From the NCBI GenBank assembly GCA_937141935.1, contig CAKZQS010000043.1, positions 25,152-89,151 on the forward strand: 64,000 nucleotides of DNA, written 5' to 3'. This document shows, one piece after another, positions 26,843 to 36,488 of this stretch. The notes under the pieces are model-generated. The model was not told the origin of the DNA, did not search any database, and saw only the letters and a program-made list of their open reading frames with translations. The position numbers and the translations under genes are program-made. Source of the stretch: an uncultured Ectothiorhodospiraceae bacterium (GTDB lineage: Bacteria > Pseudomonadota > Gammaproteobacteria > Nevskiales > Oceanococcaceae). Position 1 is the stretch's first letter. Each line of letters opens with the position of its first letter.

Positions 26843-28127
26843 CGTAACCCAGAATCTGCAGGTTAAACTCGGTCAGCGCGTGCACCGCCGCGGCGCTGAC
26901 GCCGGCCAGGGCCGCGGCCGCGCAGGCGCGGTGCAGCGGGTCGCGGCCGCCCAGGCTGCGCAGCGCCAGCAGCAGGTGGTAGCCGACCATCAGGCCGAGC
27001 AGGGCGAGGCCAATGCCGCCGACCTCGATGCCGAACTCGACATAGTCGTTGTGGGCATGGTCGTAGTAGGGGAAGTCGCTGTCGGGCTTATGCCGCTCTT
27101 GCAACGCGGCGTAGCTGCCCAGACCCGCTCCGGTCCAGCGGTACTGGTGAAAGATGTCCACGCCCAGGCGCAGCGCCTCGGGGCGGGTCTCACGATTCAG
27201 GTCGGTTTCTTCGATGCGTTCGAGCACCTGCTCCAGGCCGTAGCGCTCGCTGATCAGGGCGACGTCGACGGCCGCGATCAGAGCGAAGAACAGCCCGGCG
27301 CGCAGCAGGCTGGTGATGCGCCGCGTGCTCAGGGCCCAGGCCGTGGCGTAGACGCTCAGCGCGATCGCCAGCGTGATGTTGCCCATGCGCGAGCGGCTCA
27401 GCACGACGCCGACGACAATGGCCAGCAGCAGCACCCGCAGCAAGAGGTAGGGGCTGACCAGGAAGTCACCCAGGCGTCGTGAGCGCGAGGCCCAGGCGGG
27501 CGTCGATTGCGACTGACCCAGCATGGCGGCGATGGCCAGGCAGGCCCCCAGCACCAGATAGGCGGCGAAGTGGTTGCGGTTGATGAAGCCGCCGCTCGCG
27601 ATGCCTTGCTCGCTGACGTTCCAGCCCGGCACCGGCAGGGCCAGGCCGCCAAGGCTGTTTGCCGCCGCGACCACTGCGTGGCCGCCGATCGTGGCTGTGG
27701 CCAGCAGCAGCAGCGCCCGCAGCCGGGCACGGCTGTCCAGGGCCAGGGCCAGCCCCAGGTAAAGGCCAAAGTAGAACAGGCTGCGCACCAGGCCCTCGAT
27801 GCTGGCGCCCGGCATCACCGACAGCGAATACCAGGCCGGCGCGCCCAGCGAGTCGGCGGCGGCATGGTCCGCCAGCGCCGCCGGCGACCAGCGTGCCAGC
27901 AGGGCGGGGGACAGCGGCAGGCATTGCAGCAGCAGCCAGGCCAACCAGGCCAGCCACAGGGCCACGGCCACGCGCAGGGCCGCCGGCATCCGCCGGCGCA
28001 GGCCCAGCGCCAGCGCGGTGAAGCCCAGCGCGGTGATCAGTTGAAACAGCGCCAGTGCCAGCGGGCTGTTGCCGCCGCGAAACCAGGCCGGCCCCAGCAT
28101 GGCCAGCAGCAGCAGCGCGAAGCCCAC
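26673..28127 (-). CDS. O-antigen ligase/polymerase-family membrane protein (Wzy_C domain), second paralog
   Basis: Polytopic. Motifs LSRSRMG, RWTGAGLGSY, HAHNDYVEFGIEVGGIGL. Start is probably GTG 28127 or ATG 28100; the TTG at 28235 would overlap the upstream gene. The 3' end overlaps the convergent GT4 gene by 170 nt. Confidence 0.7.
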   Translation of the reverse strand: MGFALLLLAMLGPAWFRGGNSPLALALFQLITALGFTALALGLRRRMPAALRVAVALWLAWLAWLLLQCLPLSPALLARWSPAALADHAAADSLGAPAWYSLSVMPGASIEGLVRSLFYFGLYLGLALALDSRARLRALLLLATATIGGHAVVAAANSLGGLALPVPGWNVSEQGIASGGFINRNHFAAYLVLGACLAIAAMLGQSQSTPAWASRSRRLGDFLVSPYLLLRVLLLAIVVGVVLSRSRMGNITLAIALSVYATAWALSTRRITSLLRAGLFFALIAAVDVALISERYGLEQVLERIEETDLNRETRPEALRLGVDIFHQYRWTGAGLGSYAALQERHKPDSDFPYYDHAHNDYVEFGIEVGGIGLALLGLMVGYHLLLALRSLGGRDPLHRACAAAALAGVSAAAVHALTEFNLQILGYVSVLLGLLAMLPRLSGGTLQVRRRPPASVAPPPASESSADSGRSRPRPAPAPAAAG

Positions 28128-28140
28128 GCGGTTCGCGAGC

Positions 28141-28812
28141 CTAGCCAAGAAAGCCCGCGGCAAAGCAGCGGTAGACCAGTTCCGGGCCCAGCCGCTCCTG
28201 TGGCTGCGAACAGCGCGCGCGGAAGTCCGGCGCAACCTCGCACCAACGCCGCAGCGTGTGTTCGCCGGACAGCGCCTGACACAAGCCGGATTCGACGCGG
28301 GCCTGGGCCGCGGCCAGGGCCAGGGCGTCGCGATCGCGCAGGGCGAGTTCCAGCCAAGGGCGCCACGCCGCGCGCAGGGAGGCGCCCGCGGCGGGCCAGT
28401 GATAGGCGGCCAGCAGCGCCTGCTGGTGGGCGATTTCCCGCGAGTGGGGGGCCAGCTCCCAGGCCCGACGCACGGCCAGCTCCAGGCCAGCGCCGCGGTC
28501 TTGCGCGTAGCTGCGGCGCATGGCGTACCAGCCCCAGCTATAGGGGTCGGCCGGCGCCAGGGCCAGGGCCCGCGCGCCCTCGCTCAGGCCCTCTTCAGGC
28601 GGCAGGGCGGTGGCCAGCAGCTGGGCCTGGCCGCTGGACCAGGGGCGCAATTGCTGCGCCTGCGATGCGGCCACACGCGCCAGGTCGGCGTCATGCGCTT
28701 GCCAGCGCAGCGCGCTGTCGGCAAACGACATGGCCAGCAGTCCCTGGGCCGCGAGCCACAGCAGCACTCCCCCCAGGAGCAGCAGCGGAATGTGCGCGCG
28801 GGCCTGCGGCAT
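28141..28812 (-). CDS. Membrane-anchored periplasmic protein of unknown function (Ala/Leu/Trp-rich helical, 4 C-terminal Cys)
   Basis: ATG 28812. N-terminal anchor IPLLLLGGVLLWLAAQGLLA. Lies between the Wzc-type gene and the ligase-like gene. No family recognised. Confidence 0.5.
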   Translation of the reverse strand: MPQARAHIPLLLLGGVLLWLAAQGLLAMSFADSALRWQAHDADLARVAASQAQQLRPWSSGQAQLLATALPPEEGLSEGARALALAPADPYSWGWYAMRRSYAQDRGAGLELAVRRAWELAPHSREIAHQQALLAAYHWPAAGASLRAAWRPWLELALRDRDALALAAAQARVESGLCQALSGEHTLRRWCEVAPDFRARCSQPQERLGPELVYRCFAAGFLG

Positions 28813-28821
28813 CGCGCGCGA

Positions 28822-30990
28822 TCAGTAGCGGTAGGCGTAGTAGCCGTAGTTGCCCTTGCGCTCCGCCACGGCACCGTTGAGCACCATGCCCAATAGCGGG
28901 GCCTGGATCTGCCGCAGGCGCTTGAGCGCCGCCAGCAGCGCATGCTTGCTGGTGCTTTCGGCGCGGGCCACGACCAGAATGCCGTCGATGTGCGGAACCA
29001 GATGCAGCGCATCGCTGGTCGGGCCAATCGGCGGGGTGTCGAACAGGATGCGTTCGTAGCGCGTGCGCAGCTCCTCAAGGAACTCGCCAAAGTGCGGCGA
29101 ATCCAGCAGTACGGCCGGGTTCGCCGGCGTCCCGCCCGCGGGGATGTAATGCACGCCGCTGATCTCGTCCTTCTGAATCACGTCGTCGAGCGCGGCTTGC
29201 CCGGCGAGGTGTTCACTGAGGCCTGGGTCGCCGCTGCGGCGGCGGCCCAGCATGCGCGCCAGCTGCGGGCGGCGCATGTCGGTATCGACCAGCACCACGG
29301 TCTCCCGCGTCGCGAAGGTCGCGGCGAGACCGGTGGAGAGCGTGGTCTTGCCTTCACCGGACTCGGGTGAGCAAATCGCCAGCGCGCGGATCTTCTTGTC
29401 CCGGTCGCTGAGCAGCACGGCGGTGCGCACGGCGCGCAGGCAATCGGCGAAGGCGGACTTGGGGTCCTGGGCGACCAGCGCGGCCGGCCGCGAAATCTTG
29501 CGGCGCATGCGCGGCACGAAGCCGATGACCGCTGCACCGCTGAGTTGCTCCAGGTCCTGCGCCGTTTCGATGCGGGTGCGCAGGGCTTCGCGCAGGATCA
29601 TCAGCGCCCCGGCCAGAAACAGCCCGAAGAGCACCGCCAGGGTGACACGCCGCCGGGTGTCCGGCAGGTACTTGGAGGCCGGCGGGATGGCCGGGTCGGC
29701 GATCCGCGCGTTGACGTCGACGTTGGCCGTGCTGGTTTCGGTTTCCTTGAAGCGGGCCAGGAACAGGTCGTACAGGTTGCGGTTGCTGACCACATCCCGC
29801 TCCAGCACGTTCAGCTCGAACTGCTTGCGGTCGACGGCCTTCAGGCGGCTCTCGGCCTGGCGCAGCTGGGCTTCGAGTTCCCGCTGGTTGCTGGCAGCGA
29901 TCTGGTATTCCGAATCGACTGCCGAGGCCTTGATTTCAAGTTGGCCCAAGTAGGCCTCGCGGGTGCTCTGCAATCGCTGCCGGGCCGTGGCCATCTGCGG
30001 GTGACGCGAGCCATAGCGTTTTTCCAGCGTGGCCACCTGCTCGAGGGCCTGCAGGTAGTCATTGGCCGCCTTGTTGACGACCGGATCGACGAGCAGCGCG
30101 CGTACGGTCGCCAGCGAGTCGGGGTTGTTGCCGGCGCGACGGATTTCGGCGCTGCTGTTTTGCAGCTCATTGGTACGGCGGCGGGCGTCTCGCAGCTTGG
30201 CCGACAGCGAGCGGACCTCTTCCTCCAGCAGCCCGCGGCTGCCGCCGACATTGACGATGTTTTCGGACTCGCGAAACTGCTGCAGGCGATCCTGGGAGGC
30301 GTCCAACGTGGAGGTCACCTCGCTGAGCTTGTCGGTCAGCCAGGACGTTGCCTTCTGGTAAACATCCAGGCGCGCCTGCAGCAGCTCCTCGATATAGAGG
30401 TCGGCCAGGGCATTGGCGGCATCGGCCGCAAGTTGCTTGTCACGCGACATGAAGCTGACGCGGAACAGGCTGGTGTTCATGACCAGCCGTGCCTCAATGG
30501 CCGCCTGCGTGCGCCGGATCGCGCGCTCGCGAACCTGCTCGGCGCTCTCCTCCCGTGGCGGCGGTTCCGCCGGCGTGAAGGGCAGGTCGTAGTACAGCCC
30601 CTTCAGTGCGCCCAGCCGTGATTCCCCGGGGGCGGCGAACTCGTCCACCTGGGTCAGCTGCAGCCTTTCCACCAGGCGCTCGGCCAGCTTGCGCGATTCC
30701 AGCAGCAACTGCTGCGTGTTGTAGTACTGGCTGGTGCCGTAGCCCGGGTCGTAGACGTCGTCGATCTCCTGCACCGGTTTGATCGGGGCTGGATCCAACT
30801 GCAGCAGGGCCGTCGCCCGATAGATCGGCTCCTCGGCCAGCGAAAGGTAATAGGCCGCAATCGCGCAGGCGATGGGCAGGCAGATCAGCGCCAGCACGTA
30901 GCGCCGCAGCAGGTCCACCAGATCGGCTACGCCGAAGGTCGTGTTGGTGTCGTGACCTTGGTACATGCCGGTGGGCGGTGAAGTGCTCAA
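28822..30990 (-). CDS. Polysaccharide co-polymerase / tyrosine autokinase (Wzc/GumC/ExoP type, PCP-2a)
   Basis: 722 aa. N-terminal Wzz-like region with a TM segment, a long coiled-coil periplasmic part and a second TM segment. Walker A SPESGEGKTT, Walker A'-like VLVDTDMRRP. C-terminal Tyr cluster GNYGYYAYRY. Confidence 0.9.
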   Translation of the reverse strand: MSTSPPTGMYQGHDTNTTFGVADLVDLLRRYVLALICLPIACAIAAYYLSLAEEPIYRATALLQLDPAPIKPVQEIDDVYDPGYGTSQYYNTQQLLLESRKLAERLVERLQLTQVDEFAAPGESRLGALKGLYYDLPFTPAEPPPREESAEQVRERAIRRTQAAIEARLVMNTSLFRVSFMSRDKQLAADAANALADLYIEELLQARLDVYQKATSWLTDKLSEVTSTLDASQDRLQQFRESENIVNVGGSRGLLEEEVRSLSAKLRDARRRTNELQNSSAEIRRAGNNPDSLATVRALLVDPVVNKAANDYLQALEQVATLEKRYGSRHPQMATARQRLQSTREAYLGQLEIKASAVDSEYQIAASNQRELEAQLRQAESRLKAVDRKQFELNVLERDVVSNRNLYDLFLARFKETETSTANVDVNARIADPAIPPASKYLPDTRRRVTLAVLFGLFLAGALMILREALRTRIETAQDLEQLSGAAVIGFVPRMRRKISRPAALVAQDPKSAFADCLRAVRTAVLLSDRDKKIRALAICSPESGEGKTTLSTGLAATFATRETVVLVDTDMRRPQLARMLGRRRSGDPGLSEHLAGQAALDDVIQKDEISGVHYIPAGGTPANPAVLLDSPHFGEFLEELRTRYERILFDTPPIGPTSDALHLVPHIDGILVVARAESTSKHALLAALKRLRQIQAPLLGMVLNGAVAERKGNYGYYAYRY

Positions 30991-31544
30991 AAGATCCGCT
31001 CGTCCACGGTGAGGACGTCACCGGGGTACAGCGGCGTATCAGCCGTGGCACGAAAGCGCTGCTCCGGTGACTCGCCGAAGCGCTGAATGTAGTACTTCTC
31101 GGCCGCGAAGCGGTTCAACCCGCCCGCCAGTGTCACGGCCTGCTGCACGGTCAGGCCGAGCTTGTAGGGGTACTCGCCGGTTTTCGACACCGCGCCGCCG
31201 ACATAGACCGGTTTGAACTCGGCCACGGAGAGCTGCACGTCGGGATCGACCAGGTAACCCTGCGAGAGCCGCTTTTCCAGCATGCGCTCGGTCCAGTCGG
31301 CACTCTGGCCGGCAACAGCCAGCCGGCCGAGCAGCGGGAAGTTCAGCGTGCCGTCGGGGTCGATGCGATAGCGACCGGAGAGGTCCTCCTCACGGTAGAC
31401 CTTGATGGCCAGCACGTCGCCCGGCGCGAGCCGATAGAGATCCAGCGTCATGACCGGCGCCTGCGCGGGCGGCGGGGGAGGCGCTTGCGGGCTGCCGGCG
31501 CAGCCTGCGACTGCCACTAGCAGCAGGAGGAGACATCGTTGCAT
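30987..31544 (-). CDS. Short outer-membrane polysaccharide export (OPX, Wza-family) lipoprotein lacking the C-terminal OM-spanning region
   Basis: 185 aa. Lipobox LLVAVAGC. Poly_export-type motif YRLAPGDVLAIKVY ... DGTLNFPLLGRLAVAG and one SLBB-like module (VYVGGAV ... LTVQQAVTLAGG). Confidence 0.8.
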   Translation of the reverse strand: MQRCLLLLLVAVAGCAGSPQAPPPPPAQAPVMTLDLYRLAPGDVLAIKVYREEDLSGRYRIDPDGTLNFPLLGRLAVAGQSADWTERMLEKRLSQGYLVDPDVQLSVAEFKPVYVGGAVSKTGEYPYKLGLTVQQAVTLAGGLNRFAAEKYYIQRFGESPEQRFRATADTPLYPGDVLTVDERIF

Positions 31545-31596
31545 TGTCGAAATTCTTGGGTCAGCGCGGCGGCCGCAGGGCCCGGCCGCGCGGCAC

Positions 31597-32799
31597 TCAG
31601 TTCAGCTTGGCGGACAAGCCCACGGTGACCGCATAGCGCTCGAAGTCATCGGCATCGAGCACGGCCTCGCGCTCGACATAACGGTTGCTCAGGTACACCG
31701 ACAGACCCCGGTCCAGCAGCCACGTTCCACGCAGCGCCAGTGCGAAGACATCCTGCTGATTGCCGGAGCCCACGAAGTCCCTGTCCGTGAATTGTAGGGA
31801 AAGGCTGGAATTGAAGCGGGCGGTCCAGGATTGGCGCCAGCGCAGCGTGGTCGAGCGCTCGTCGATGAACTGAGAATTGAAGCGATAGGTCGGGCGGTAG
31901 TTGCGCCCGGACTCCAGGCGAAGACGGGTCCGCAGCGAGGGGTTCCAGTTCAGCCCGGCCTCCCAGTAGAAGCTGTCTCGCTCGGGTTGCGCATCGTCCT
32001 CAGGCGTCCACTCGGTGGTGCCTGCGCGCAAATCACCGCTGGTTTTCGCGGTGGCCTCCCAGGCCACGCCCGCTGCATAGACCTGCGCGGTACCGGAACG
32101 ATCCGGCGTGCCCGCGGCCGTTTCGTCGTAGTCGGTGTCGCTTTGGCTGACGTAGAGCAGCAGCGCCGTTTTTGGCGACAGCGTCAGGCTCGCGGTCAGC
32201 GACGGCGTATGCGTCTGCCGGTCCAGGAAGCGGGTGACGTCCTCGTTGGTGGTATAGCGCCGGTCGAGGTAGTCATAGGCCAGCCGCAAGGCCATGCGCG
32301 TGGCAAAGCGCTCGCCGATGACATAGCTGGCGCCAAGCTGGGTTTGCTGCCACTCGTCCAGGGATCGGTCCGGCTCGACGCCGGAGCCTTCCGTGCGCAC
32401 CGTGCCGAAGGGGTCGTGGTCGGTGCGAAAGCGCCCGTCGACCTGCAGCACCTGCTCGCCGGGCATCAGCAGGGCCAGCCGGGCCGAGGTGTCGCTATCG
32501 ACGTAGTTGTCTTCGTTGCTGAAGCTGAAGGCACCAGCCTCGATGGCGGCCCGCGTATTGAAGACGAAGCGGCGCGCGTCGCGGCGCAAGGCCACGCTCG
32601 GCGCGAGCACGGCGCCGACAACGGGCTGGGTCTCGTTGCGCTCGAAATAGAAGTTGTCGAAGTAGCGCAGCGAGGAGTCCAGCTCCACGTCGACGACATT
32701 GGCGCCTTGGCCCTGCGCGCCCAAGGGCGCCAGCGCAGCCAGCACGGCGGTGGCCAGACCCCGGGCGCGAAGGCCCGGTTGGGAGAGGCTCATCGGCAT
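31597..32799 (-). CDS. Outer-membrane beta-barrel protein associated with EPS export (EpsL / composite-translocon type)
   Basis: Signal peptide (LATAVLAALAPLGAQG). 400 aa with alternating-hydrophobicity strands rich in Y/R/D/T/S throughout. Sits immediately upstream of the short OPX gene. Confidence 0.55.
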   Translation of the reverse strand: MPMSLSQPGLRARGLATAVLAALAPLGAQGQGANVVDVELDSSLRYFDNFYFERNETQPVVGAVLAPSVALRRDARRFVFNTRAAIEAGAFSFSNEDNYVDSDTSARLALLMPGEQVLQVDGRFRTDHDPFGTVRTEGSGVEPDRSLDEWQQTQLGASYVIGERFATRMALRLAYDYLDRRYTTNEDVTRFLDRQTHTPSLTASLTLSPKTALLLYVSQSDTDYDETAAGTPDRSGTAQVYAAGVAWEATAKTSGDLRAGTTEWTPEDDAQPERDSFYWEAGLNWNPSLRTRLRLESGRNYRPTYRFNSQFIDERSTTLRWRQSWTARFNSSLSLQFTDRDFVGSGNQQDVFALALRGTWLLDRGLSVYLSNRYVEREAVLDADDFERYAVTVGLSAKLN

Positions 32800-32824
32800 A
32801 TACGTACTCTCGGCAGCTGCGGGC

Positions 32825-33110
32825 TCAGGAGGGGCTGGGCACCGACGTCGGCGTCGGCGTCGGCGTCGGCGGGGGCAAGGACGGCGTGGGCGTCGGCGTC
32901 ACCGTCGCGGTCGGCGTCGGGCTCGGTGTTGCCGACGCCGTCGGCGTAGGCGTCGCGCTCGGGGCCAGCGTCGGCGTGGGCGTCAGGCTCGGCGGCGGTG
33001 GCGTCGGTGTGGGCGACGCACTGGGCCCGGGTGTCGGGCTGGTCGTCGGCGACGGGCTGGGCAGCGGCGTCGGCGTGACCCGTGGCGAGGGGCTGGGCTG
33101 TTCGATGCGA
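32825..33110 (-). repeat. Low-complexity coding repeat (GGCGTC/GGCGTG periodicity) encoding the Pro/Thr/Ser tail
   Basis: Runs of ggcgtcggcgtcggcgtc on the plus strand, translating to TPTPTP/SPSP on the minus strand. Confidence 0.8.
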
Positions 33111-33781
33111 ACCTCGCCGTCGACCGTCGGGTCACCCTGGGGGTCAATCCCCAGTGACGCCTCGACCCGCAGCACGCTGGGGGGCGGGTCGATCAGCACG
33201 ATCACCGGGCCGTTGGGCTGGCTGACCTGCACGGTCTGGCGCTCGCGCAGTTCGCGGGTGTCGCCCCCCGAACCCACGATGACGACGCCGCCTGCGCCGA
33301 GGTCATGGACGAGCATCCCCGCCCCATTGACGGCCGGTTCGACGATCACGATAAAGGCGGACTGGCTGCCGGTCACGAAGCCGTAGGGCGTGTTGACCAT
33401 GAACAGGTTGGGCGCCGAGTCGGCGATCGCCCCGAGCTGCACCTCCATGGCCCCGGAAACGAGCCGCAGCGCGGCGTGGCCGGCGCCGGTGGCCGGATTC
33501 CATTCGAAACTCTCAAGCACCAGGGTGCTGGCACCGACGAGGCGCAGCCGGGTTCCGTCCACCAGCGCGAGCTCAAGCATCGAGCCGCTCGTGCTGCGGA
33601 TGACGTCACCGAGCCGCAAGTCGGAAGGGGGGGCGAGTGCAAACGCGCTCGCGCCACGCGTGAGCGTGCCGGCACCGTCCACGGCCGTCACCCGTCCCAA
33701 CACGCCATCATCCTGTGCACTCGCCTGCCAGCTCAGCAGGCCCAGTAGCAGCGCGCTGAGGAAGTGTTTCACCCCTTGCAT
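32825..33781 (-). CDS. Secreted FecR-domain protein with long Pro/Thr/Ser-rich C-terminal tail
   Basis: ATG 33781 gives the signal peptide [23 protein letters not shown]. FecR-like core [16 protein letters not shown] ... [33 protein letters not shown]. About 95 C-terminal residues of (P/T/S) repeats. Confidence 0.65.
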   Translation of the reverse strand: MQGVKHFLSALLLGLLSWQASAQDDGVLGRVTAVDGAGTLTRGASAFALAPPSDLRLGDVIRSTSGSMLELALVDGTRLRLVGASTLVLESFEWNPATGAGHAALRLVSGAMEVQLGAIADSAPNLFMVNTPYGFVTGSQSAFIVIVEPAVNGAGMLVHDLGAGGVVIVGSGGDTRELRERQTVQVSQPNGPVIVLIDPPPSVLRVEASLGIDPQGDPTVDGEVRIEQPSPSPRVTPTPLPSPSPTTSPTPGPSASPTPTPPPPSLTPTPTLAPSATPTPTASATPSPTPTATVTPTPTPSLPPPTPTPTPTSVPSPS

Positions 33782-33870
33782 CGCGGCGCCCTCTCCATTA
33801 GCAACCGACGCCATTTTGCGCTGCCACGGGGCGCTGCGCAAACGCCTGCCCCCTTTCGGGGCATGCGGGC

Positions 33871-36393
33871 TTATTCCTCGAGGTTGTAACGCACCTGCAC
33901 GGGGCTGTTGCGCACGTCCTCTTCGCGGTAGCGCAGGCGCACCCATTCCTTGCGCCCATAGGCCTCGGTCAGGTCGCGGTAATAGGGCGAGGCCGGGTCG
34001 GTGGACTGGCTGTAGGTGACGAAGGCCTCGGCGCGCGGCTCGCCGGTGACCGGGTCCCAGGTCACGGCCTGGATGTAGCTGTTGCCGTAGGTCACGTTGT
34101 AGCCCTCGTCGCTCAGGCCCCCCTGCACGCCAGGAAAGCTTTCGGACGGCGTGATGCTGCGCGCGTTGGCGATGGTGAAGCTGCCGGTAAAGCTTTCGCC
34201 ACCGAAGATCGGGATGCGTGGGCCATCGAGATGGATGCCGCTGCGTTGAATCTCCCCCATCGGCGTGTCAAAGCCGAAGGGCGAGTTCGCGACGGTGGTG
34301 ATGGCGTCGGCGAAGGCCTGCTCGATGTTCGGCGCCAGCAGGTTCAGGCCGCTGGGCGTGTTGACCGGGTCATTGGTCGAAAACGGCGTCAGCCATTGGG
34401 TGCTGACGGGCCCGGCGGGCAGCAGGTTGCCGACGTTGCGCCAGAATTCGCGCCAGATGTGGCCGCCCGCCGAATCCAGGTTGTTGCGCCCGTCCCAGTT
34501 CGTGAGCACCGCGCAGGCCTCGGTCGCATCCACCGGCCCGGCGCTGCCCAGCAGGGTCGGCAGCGCGCAATAGCCGCTGAGCACGTCGGCCAGCGCCAGC
34601 TCGGCCGAATAGACCCGCGAGCTGAGCACGATGTCCTTGAGCTGCTCATAGCTGAACTTGTCGCCTTCCAGGCCGTCGCTGCCATCCAGACGCTGCTGCA
34701 CCTGGCGGATGCACAGGCGCGTGCGCAGCGTGCGCTCGGCCTCCTCGTCACCAATGATGCCCGCGAAGCCGGTGATCGGCTCCTCGGGGTTGGTCAGCCA
34801 GTAGCTGTCATTGCAGTTGTGCACCCAGTCGGCGCGCTCCAGCGTGGGCAGGTTGCCGGGGCCGAAGATGCCGGGCGCCGGCGCGTCGGGGTCGGTGTCC
34901 CACTCGCAGGCGGCGCGCGAGCCATCCAGCAGCGGCAGCCCGGGCACCAGCTGGCCAAAGGCGGCCGCCAGCGGCTGCGCCGAGCAGGTGGTGACCTTGC
35001 TGTCCGGCACATTGGGCACCACGGTCACGTCGCCGTAGTACACCGGCTGGCCGGGGCCTGCCGCGACGGTGTTGACCCAGGGCACGCCCAGCACGCTGGC
35101 GTGCAGGTCCTTGAACTCCTGCAGCGACTTGGCCCGGTTCCAGCGGAAGAACTGGTTCATCAGGCGGTTGTTCTCGGCGTTGGCATCGCGCAGCGTGTAG
35201 GCCTTGGCCGGGCTCCATTCCAGCACCGGCACGCCGGAGACCTGCAGCTCCAGCATCGGCCCGAACTGGCTGGTGTACAGCGTGCGGGTTTCGGTGCTGA
35301 CCGAGCCATCATCCTCAAGGATCTCCACACTGATCTCGCGCGCGTCCATGTCGCGGATCTCGCCCTCGTAGATGTACTGCGTGGGGTCGAGCGGGTTCAG
35401 CGTGAGCTCATAAAAGGTGAAGCGGTAGGCGGTGGACACCGTGTGACTCCAGGCGAACTGGTCGGTAAAGCCGATCAGTGCCGCCGGTACGCCGTACAGG
35501 CCCACGCCCATGATGTTGGTGTCCGGCAGGATGCCGTGCGCCAGGTACAGCCGCTCTGTGCCCGTCCACGGGAAGTGCGGGTTGCCGAAGAGCATCGAGG
35601 AGCCGTCGACGGTGGCCTCCGGCCCCAGGCCGTACATGTTCGAGGCGATGGGCAGGCCGTTGGCCAGCGGGAATTCCTCGGCCGGCAGCGCGGCGATGTC
35701 CGCCGGGTTGACCGGCAAGGGCAGGTTGTCGGGGCCGGGCGGCTGGGCCCCCGCGATCTCGTTGACGAAGACGCTGGAGGAGGCCAGCACCACCAGCCGG
35801 AAATAGCGGCGGTAGATGTCCATCGGTTCGATGGGGCCGATGTACTCGGCGGCCGCGCAGTCGGCATGCCGGCCCGGGTGCTCGCCGGCGCGCAACTCGC
35901 GCACATAGCGGTTGTAGCCCGCCACGAAGCCCTCGGTGGCGGCGATGGCCTCGGGGTCCGAGCCTGCGACGATCGGGGCGATGGCCTCGGGCGTCGCCAC
36001 ATGCTTCCAGAAGAAGTCCGACTCGACGTTGCTGGCCGTCGCGCCGTTGGCCACGATCGTGTAGCTGCCGTCGCGGCCCAGGAACTTGCTGCGCTCGCCG
36101 CGGATGGTGATCAGGTCCTCGGCCAGCACGCAGAGGTTATCTTCGGCGTGCACGTAGCCATAGCCGTAGCCAAAGCCGCGAAAGTCATCGGCAAAGATGT
36201 GCGGGATGCCGAACTCGGTGCGGATGACCTCGGCCTTCAGCGGGGCGTCGGCGCCATCGCCGATGCCGCCATCGGGCTCGACGGGCAGCGGCGGCTGGCC
36301 GCCGCCTTCTGTGGCCGGGCGGCCCCCCTCGCCGCAGGCGGCAAACAGCAGGGCGGGGGCAAGCAGCAACAGCGTGCGCGGCAGTCGGGCCAT
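33871..36393 (-). CDS. Penicillin-acylase-family Ntn hydrolase lipoprotein (AHL-acylase PvdQ/QuiP-like)
   Basis: 840 aa. Lipobox LLFAAC. N-terminal [14 protein letters not shown]. Predicted autoprocessing/nucleophile site [10 protein letters not shown] (Ser251). NPHFPW motif just downstream. Confidence 0.8.
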   Translation of the reverse strand: MARLPRTLLLLAPALLFAACGEGGRPATEGGGQPPLPVEPDGGIGDGADAPLKAEVIRTEFGIPHIFADDFRGFGYGYGYVHAEDNLCVLAEDLITIRGERSKFLGRDGSYTIVANGATASNVESDFFWKHVATPEAIAPIVAGSDPEAIAATEGFVAGYNRYVRELRAGEHPGRHADCAAAEYIGPIEPMDIYRRYFRLVVLASSSVFVNEIAGAQPPGPDNLPLPVNPADIAALPAEEFPLANGLPIASNMYGLGPEATVDGSSMLFGNPHFPWTGTERLYLAHGILPDTNIMGVGLYGVPAALIGFTDQFAWSHTVSTAYRFTFYELTLNPLDPTQYIYEGEIRDMDAREISVEILEDDGSVSTETRTLYTSQFGPMLELQVSGVPVLEWSPAKAYTLRDANAENNRLMNQFFRWNRAKSLQEFKDLHASVLGVPWVNTVAAGPGQPVYYGDVTVVPNVPDSKVTTCSAQPLAAAFGQLVPGLPLLDGSRAACEWDTDPDAPAPGIFGPGNLPTLERADWVHNCNDSYWLTNPEEPITGFAGIIGDEEAERTLRTRLCIRQVQQRLDGSDGLEGDKFSYEQLKDIVLSSRVYSAELALADVLSGYCALPTLLGSAGPVDATEACAVLTNWDGRNNLDSAGGHIWREFWRNVGNLLPAGPVSTQWLTPFSTNDPVNTPSGLNLLAPNIEQAFADAITTVANSPFGFDTPMGEIQRSGIHLDGPRIPIFGGESFTGSFTIANARSITPSESFPGVQGGLSDEGYNVTYGNSYIQAVTWDPVTGEPRAEAFVTYSQSTDPASPYYRDLTEAYGRKEWVRLRYREEDVRNSPVQVRYNLEE

Positions 36394-36488
36394 GACGGCG
36401 TCCTTGTGTCTCCTGGTACGGATGACACTTTAATGAAGGCGGGCCCGCTTGCGCAGCCCCGTGCGCCGCGAAGCCCGGGCGCTGGCGC

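Noticed and set aside
32825-33110. Regular GGCGTC periodicity that could superficially look like a repeat array
   Set aside because: The period is 6 nt, there are no spacers, and it lies in-frame within a CDS encoding (T/S)P repeats. It is not a CRISPR array or a satellite outside coding sequence.
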